This document shows, in pieces, positions 8,607-13,515 of a stretch of DNA of 13,515 nucleotides. The position numbers and the translations under genes are program-made. Location: contig JBKHIT010000091.1 in the NCBI GenBank assembly GCA_046538485.1, forward strand, positions 1 through 13,515, given 5' to 3'. This DNA is from Candidatus Brocadiia bacterium. GTDB taxonomy: Bacteria; Planctomycetota; Brocadiia; SM23-32. The notes under the pieces are model-generated. The model worked only from the letters and a program-made list of their open reading frames with translations. It ran no database searches and was not told the DNA's origin. Each line of letters starts with the position of its first letter. Positions within the stretch are counted from its first letter, which is position 1.

Positions 8607-8831
8607 GGATGTTTTCCGAGAAAAAAGTTGCCAGACGCGCTGGATAGGGTATAAAGAGTAATGTCGAAGGGATGGAAAAGAAGAAAGTTGAAAGAAGCAT
8701 AGAGAGACGAAACTTCTTTCAGCAGCTTCTGAGAGATCAGAAAACTTTTTCACCCCTTCGACTTTTCTATGTACCGGGCGGGCAGGCTCGCACCCGGCCA
8801 TCAAAATCGTAATCCTAGTCGTGATCCTAAT

Positions 8832-9596
<765 letters not shown>

Positions 9597-10000
9597 CGTA
9601 ATCGTCCGTTAAATCCTTTTAGCCGTCGCCGTACATCCATAAATCGGTGTAATCCGTGCAATCTGTGGACAGAAGCTTTTTGTCGTTGGCCGTTGCCCCC
9701 TGCCGCTTACCGTGGCGCCTCGTCGCGCACTTTGTCGGCCGTACGTCGTTCGCTCTTACCGTCCCGCCGTTAAAACTCGTAATCATAGTCGTCATCGGTC
9801 GTTCGCTGTACGCCGTCGCTGACCTCTGATCACCGATAACAGATCACCGATCACCCGCCGTTTATCGTCGCTGACTTCTGACCTCTGTAGCTCCGTCCCC
9901 CGCCGTCCCCCGCGCCTCTGCGTCTCTGCGGGATCCAGCCGTTTGGCCGTTGTGGTTTATCTCACAACTCACAACTCAAAACTCTCATTTGCCGTCCCCC
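9597..10000 (+). repeat. Mosaic repeat array E
   Basis: AATCCGTGCAATCTGTGGAC (9651-9670) is identical to 3147-3166. Also a copy of the array D block and TCTGACC, CTCTGCGT and CACAACT (9961-9985) modules, with GCCGTY punctuation. Confidence 0.9.
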
Positions 10001-10077
10001 TTGCAATAAATCGATCACAGTTTTACCGTTGACATACAGACATCGCGCGTTTGCTCAACCGCAGGGAGGAATTCAGA

Positions 10078-10470
10078 ATGATTCTGGACTTTGACCGGAT
10101 CGAACGGGGAGAGACATATTCACGACCGGACCTGGCGGACATCTGGGGTTATGAGAGCTACCATGCCCTGGCCCGCGGCGTCGTCACGCCAGCGGACGAC
10201 CACAAAATCATTCTGTTCGTGACGGAGGAGAAACAGGGCTTCCAGACCCAGTATCAGGACAGGCTGATCGGGCTGCACCTGATGTGGGAGGGCCCCACGG
10301 ATCATTATGCGGAGGATCGGATGCTGAACGCCGACCGCACCGACGACGAGATTCACGTCTTTCATCGCGACAAACACCACACCGATTTCACCTACCTGGG
10401 CCAGGCGGAGGTGGTGGATTGCGAGCGCCACCGCGACAAGCCGAGCGCGTTTGTGCTGCGAGTATGCTGA
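10078..10470 (+). CDS. Stand-alone SRA/PUA-like (DUF3427 / McrA-type recognition-domain-like) protein, 130 aa, no HNH domain
   Basis: G.TYSR..LA..WG....A.ARGVVTP....IILFVT..K......Y.D......L.WEG and IHVFHR......FTYLG resemble the N-terminal domain of modification-dependent HNH restriction enzymes. SD GGGAGG precedes ATG 10078. Confidence 0.65.
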   Translation: MILDFDRIERGETYSRPDLADIWGYESYHALARGVVTPADDHKIILFVTEEKQGFQTQYQDRLIGLHLMWEGPTDHYAEDRMLNADRTDDEIHVFHRDKHHTDFTYLGQAEVVDCERHRDKPSAFVLRVC

Positions 10471-10632
10471 ATCGTGACTTAAATCCGAGATACAATTGTG
10501 TAAGCGATGGCGGAACGGAAATGCTTGCGTGACGATTTGATGCACATATAATATTTCCTGTGCGTAAGGACGATTACTTGACGTTATAAAAACCAGTTGT
10601 CAAAACGACATAACAGGCAAGCGAGGTTGTTT

Positions 10633-12216
10633 ATGGGTGATACTGACGATGGGGCGAGAGCTAACCTGGGGTTCGAGAAGACACTGTGGGAGGCGGCTGA
10701 CAAACTGCGCGGCCACATGGACGCGTCCGAGTATAAACACATCGTGCTCGGACTGATTTTCCTCAAATACATCTCCGACAAGTTTGAGCAGAAACGCTCC
10801 GAATTGCGGGGAAAATACAGCGATCCCGACTACGAATTCTATATCGAGGATGAGGATCTTCGAGAAGAGGCACTTGAGGATCGTGACGAATACATTGCCG
10901 ACAACGTTTTCTGGGTGCCGCGGGAAGCTCGGTGGGAACACCTGCATAAACGCTGTAAATCGGAACAGATCGGCACGCTGATTGATGATGCTATGCGGCT
11001 GATCGAAGAAGAAAACGATTCGCTCCGCAATGTCCTGCCGAAAAACTACAGCCGCCCATCTCTGGATAAACGACGTCTGGGGGAACTCGTTGATTTGATT
11101 GCCAACGTTTCCTTCGGTGAACAGGGTTCCCTCGATCTGCTGGGACGCGTTTATGAGTATTTCCTGGGGAAATTTGCGGCCGCCGAGGGTAAATCAGGTG
11201 GTGAATTTTATACGCCCGAATGTGTCGTGCAAACGCTGGTGGAGATGATCGAGCCTTACCACGGTCGGGTGTTCGATCCATGCTGTGGGTCGGGCGGAAT
11301 GTTCGTCCAGTCGGAGAAGTTCGTCGAGGCGCACGGTGGAAAACGCACCGATATTTCCATTTACGGACAGGAGTCCAATCCCACCACCTGGCGGTTGTGC
11401 AAAATGAATCTGGCCATTCGCGGTATTGACGCCAATCTGGGCGGTCAGCATGACGACAGTTTTTACAATGATTTGCACAAAGACTTACGGGCCGATTACG
11501 TGTTGGCCAATCCACCGTTCAACGATAGCGACTGGGGAGGGGAGCGGCTCAAGGAAGACGTCCGCTGGCAGTTCGGCACCCCGCCTGCCAACAATGCAAA
11601 TTACGCCTGGATCCAGCACTTTATCCACCACCTGGCGCCGGATGGGATAGCCGGATTCGTCATGGCCAACGGCTCCATGTCCACCAGCACATCTGCCGAG
11701 CTGGAAATACGAAAAGGACTGGTGGAGAACGATCTGGTCGATTGCATCGTCGCCATGCCCGGCCAGCTCTTTTACACCACTCAGATCCCGGTCTGCCTGT
11801 GGTTCGTCACGCGTGATAAGAAAAACGGAAATTTCCGCGATCGTCGCGGGCATACGCTCTTTATCGATGCACGTGAGATGGGCGAAATGAGAGATCGCAC
11901 CCACCGAACGCTGACCGATGAGGATATCAGCAGAATCGCCGGCACCTACCACGCCTGGCGCGGGGAATCGGAGACCGACGAATACGAAGATGTGCCCGGG
12001 TTCTGTGCCGAGGCCGATCTGGAAGAGATTGAGGGTCACCGCTATATTCTGACGCCCGGTCGTTATGTGGGGGCGGAAGAAGTGGAGGACGATGGTGAGC
12101 CATTCGAGGAAAAAATGCCGAAACTGGTGGCCAGGCTGTACGAACAGTTCGACGAGGCCGACATGCTGGAAGAACAGATACGGGAAAATCTTGAGGGGTT
12201 GGGATATGGAGAGTGA
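10633..12216 (+). CDS. hsdM: Type I restriction-modification N6-adenine methyltransferase subunit M
   Basis: [36 protein letters not shown], motif [12 protein letters not shown] and motif IV ANPPFN. ATG 10633 follows GAGGT. Confidence 0.96.
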   Translation: MGDTDDGARANLGFEKTLWEAADKLRGHMDASEYKHIVLGLIFLKYISDKFEQKRSELRGKYSDPDYEFYIEDEDLREEALEDRDEYIADNVFWVPREARWEHLHKRCKSEQIGTLIDDAMRLIEEENDSLRNVLPKNYSRPSLDKRRLGELVDLIANVSFGEQGSLDLLGRVYEYFLGKFAAAEGKSGGEFYTPECVVQTLVEMIEPYHGRVFDPCCGSGGMFVQSEKFVEAHGGKRTDISIYGQESNPTTWRLCKMNLAIRGIDANLGGQHDDSFYNDLHKDLRADYVLANPPFNDSDWGGERLKEDVRWQFGTPPANNANYAWIQHFIHHLAPDGIAGFVMANGSMSTSTSAELEIRKGLVENDLVDCIVAMPGQLFYTTQIPVCLWFVTRDKKNGNFRDRRGHTLFIDAREMGEMRDRTHRTLTDEDISRIAGTYHAWRGESETDEYEDVPGFCAEADLEEIEGHRYILTPGRYVGAEEVEDDGEPFEEKMPKLVARLYEQFDEADMLEEQIRENLEGLGYGE

Positions 12217-12291
12217 TCCATAAAACCGAGGCAATAAATTGCTAAGATGAGAGCCCAACTGACTCAGCTGAAAGAGAGTTTTGACTCCTGC

Positions 12292-12821
12292 GGGGTGTGA
12301 AGCGATCGAAAGATAGTTTGACGTCGACGAAACGGGGCCGATTAACGAGATCAAACGATGAACATGACAGTGGAATTAGTATTACGAAAAGTTTATTCGG
12401 CCAGGTTGACAAACATGATGTATGGCGGTAAGTTATATGTGTTGGACAAACATAGTATTTGCTCCCCGTCGGATCAGCCAAACGGCCTCCGGCGGGGTTT
12501 TGTTTTTAGGGAACGATGCAATGCCACCAGAGCCGAATGAGAAGGAAGCAATTGCCTTCATTGATGGTCAGAACCTTTTTCATTCCGCGAAAGAGGCTTT
12601 TGGCCAGGATCAGGATTTGTCGGAAGTGGCGGACGAAGTTAAACAGATTTCTATGGATCAGGGCCGGTGGATTAAAGTCGCCTGTGCGTTTCCATGTAGC
12701 CCGACGTCACGTAATACTCGTGGAATAAATGGAACGGATTGGATTAAAATCAGTAGAGACGTTTATGATGCCTGTCTTGATCCGACCGATTATCGTCAAA
12801 AGAAATAACAGTTGCCTGTTT
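12292..12821 (+). repeat. Long direct repeat: NYN unit copy 2
   Basis: Partner of 2127-2995. Promoter, leader hairpin and both gene ends are retained. Confidence 0.95.
12521..12808 (+). pseudogene. NYN-domain gene copy 2 with a 339-bp in-frame internal deletion (95 aa)
   Basis: ...HSAKEAFG is joined directly to QDQDLSEV.... It lacks copy 1 positions 2440-2778, including EKGID. Confidence 0.9.
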
Positions 12822-12884
12822 TCTGGAGATACGGCATTTTTATCCTGAGCCAGCCAAATTCTTGCGGAAAACACACGGAGGCGA

Positions 12885-13337
12885 ATGATGTCCACCAACG
12901 ACCTTGGATCCTTTCTCGATGAAATGCACGAGGAATACCGGGACGATCCCGAGTATCGTGCCGAGTGTCTGTACAACGACATCACGGCTGAAATCCTCGA
13001 TTACATGGATGAGAACGATATAACCCGGAGGGAGCTTGCCCGTAAAATGGACGTATCGGAGGCACGCGTTTCCCGTATTTTCGGGGAGACGCAGAATTTC
13101 ACGCTCCAGATGCTCGGCAAAATGGCCTCCGCACTGGGCGTCGACATCGGCGTGCACATGGAGCGCGCCTCAAACCTTCCGGATCATCTGACGGAGCGAG
13201 ACGAGAAGGACTGGCAGCCGGCGAAGAAGTGTGCGGAGCAGCGCGATCAGTTTGACCAAGCACGGTCCACCACCCCGTGGAAACCCTGGACAGAGGAGAA
13301 GGCAATTGAAGGCCAGCGTATCCCCGTCGCAGCTTAG
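12885..13337 (+). CDS. XRE-family HTH protein (HigA-like antitoxin) with a ~60-aa C-terminal extension
   Basis: ITRRELARKMDVSEARVSRIFGETQNFTLQMLGKMASALG is a canonical XRE HTH. GGAGG SD upstream. The tail is Trp-containing and ends in VAA. Confidence 0.85.
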   Translation: MMSTNDLGSFLDEMHEEYRDDPEYRAECLYNDITAEILDYMDENDITRRELARKMDVSEARVSRIFGETQNFTLQMLGKMASALGVDIGVHMERASNLPDHLTERDEKDWQPAKKCAEQRDQFDQARSTTPWKPWTEEKAIEGQRIPVAA

Positions 13338-13515
13338 TTTTTTTGGATTCGACGACGTTCAGGTCGTGTCCAACGATGCTTTTGACTCCGAGAATAACGG
13401 AGCGGTCACGGTCTCGCAGGATGTTGAGATTGGTGTACGCGAGGGCGACGCGGATCGCGTCGTACATGTGAACCTCGCCGTGCGCATCGACCAGGACTTC
13501 TGGCTTAAACACATG
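13306..13515 (+). CDS. Partial ORF, probable SecB-like chaperone (runs off the window end; not in the ORF track)
   Basis: GAGGAG (13293-13298) precedes TTG 13306. Translation MKASVSPSQLSFFGFDDVQVVSNDAFDSENNGAVTVSQDVEIGVREGDADRVVHVNLAVRIDQDFWLKHM... is open to the end, with alternating beta-strand pattern and an SP.QL..F.F....V..N..F start. It overlaps the XRE gene end. Confidence 0.6.
   Translation, partial: MKASVSPSQLSFFGFDDVQVVSNDAFDSENNGAVTVSQDVEIGVREGDADRVVHVNLAVRIDQDFWLKHM

Noticed and set aside
12822..12888. Remnant of a toxin gene 3' end overlapping the XRE start (..AKFLRKTHGGE*)
   Set aside because: Too short and with no recognisable HigB/RelE motif.
13099..13512. 137-aa minus-strand ORF
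   Set aside because: It overlaps the XRE gene by about 240 bp on the opposite strand. The + frame from 13306 has an SD and a more plausible product.

Overview
A bacterial accessory or defence-type locus in which every credible gene is on the + strand. In order: a GH29 alpha-L-fucosidase, a NYN/LabA-DUF88 PIN-fold RNase, an intact AbiEi-AbiEii type IV TA pair, an AAA_14/DUF4143 ATPase, a second AbiEi with an internally deleted AbiEii, an ORF-less group II intron (8832-9596), a stand-alone SRA/DUF3427-like protein, an orphan type I hsdM, an internally deleted second NYN unit, and an XRE antitoxin followed by a SecB-like ORF missing from the ORF track. The most unusual signal is in the spacers between about 3.1 and 10 kb. 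They are strand-polarised mosaics of more than a dozen different short tandem-repeat modules (6-16 nt units), punctuated by a GCCGT(T/C)/GTCGT(T/C) motif. Modules recur between spacers in shuffled combinations, and the intron sits in one module at a site matching its EBS1. This suggests a cassette-shuffling or landing-pad array for defence genes (inference; no recombinase is in the window). A second theme is that most modules in the distal half lack their catalytic or toxic part. All family calls come from motif recognition by eye, not database searches.
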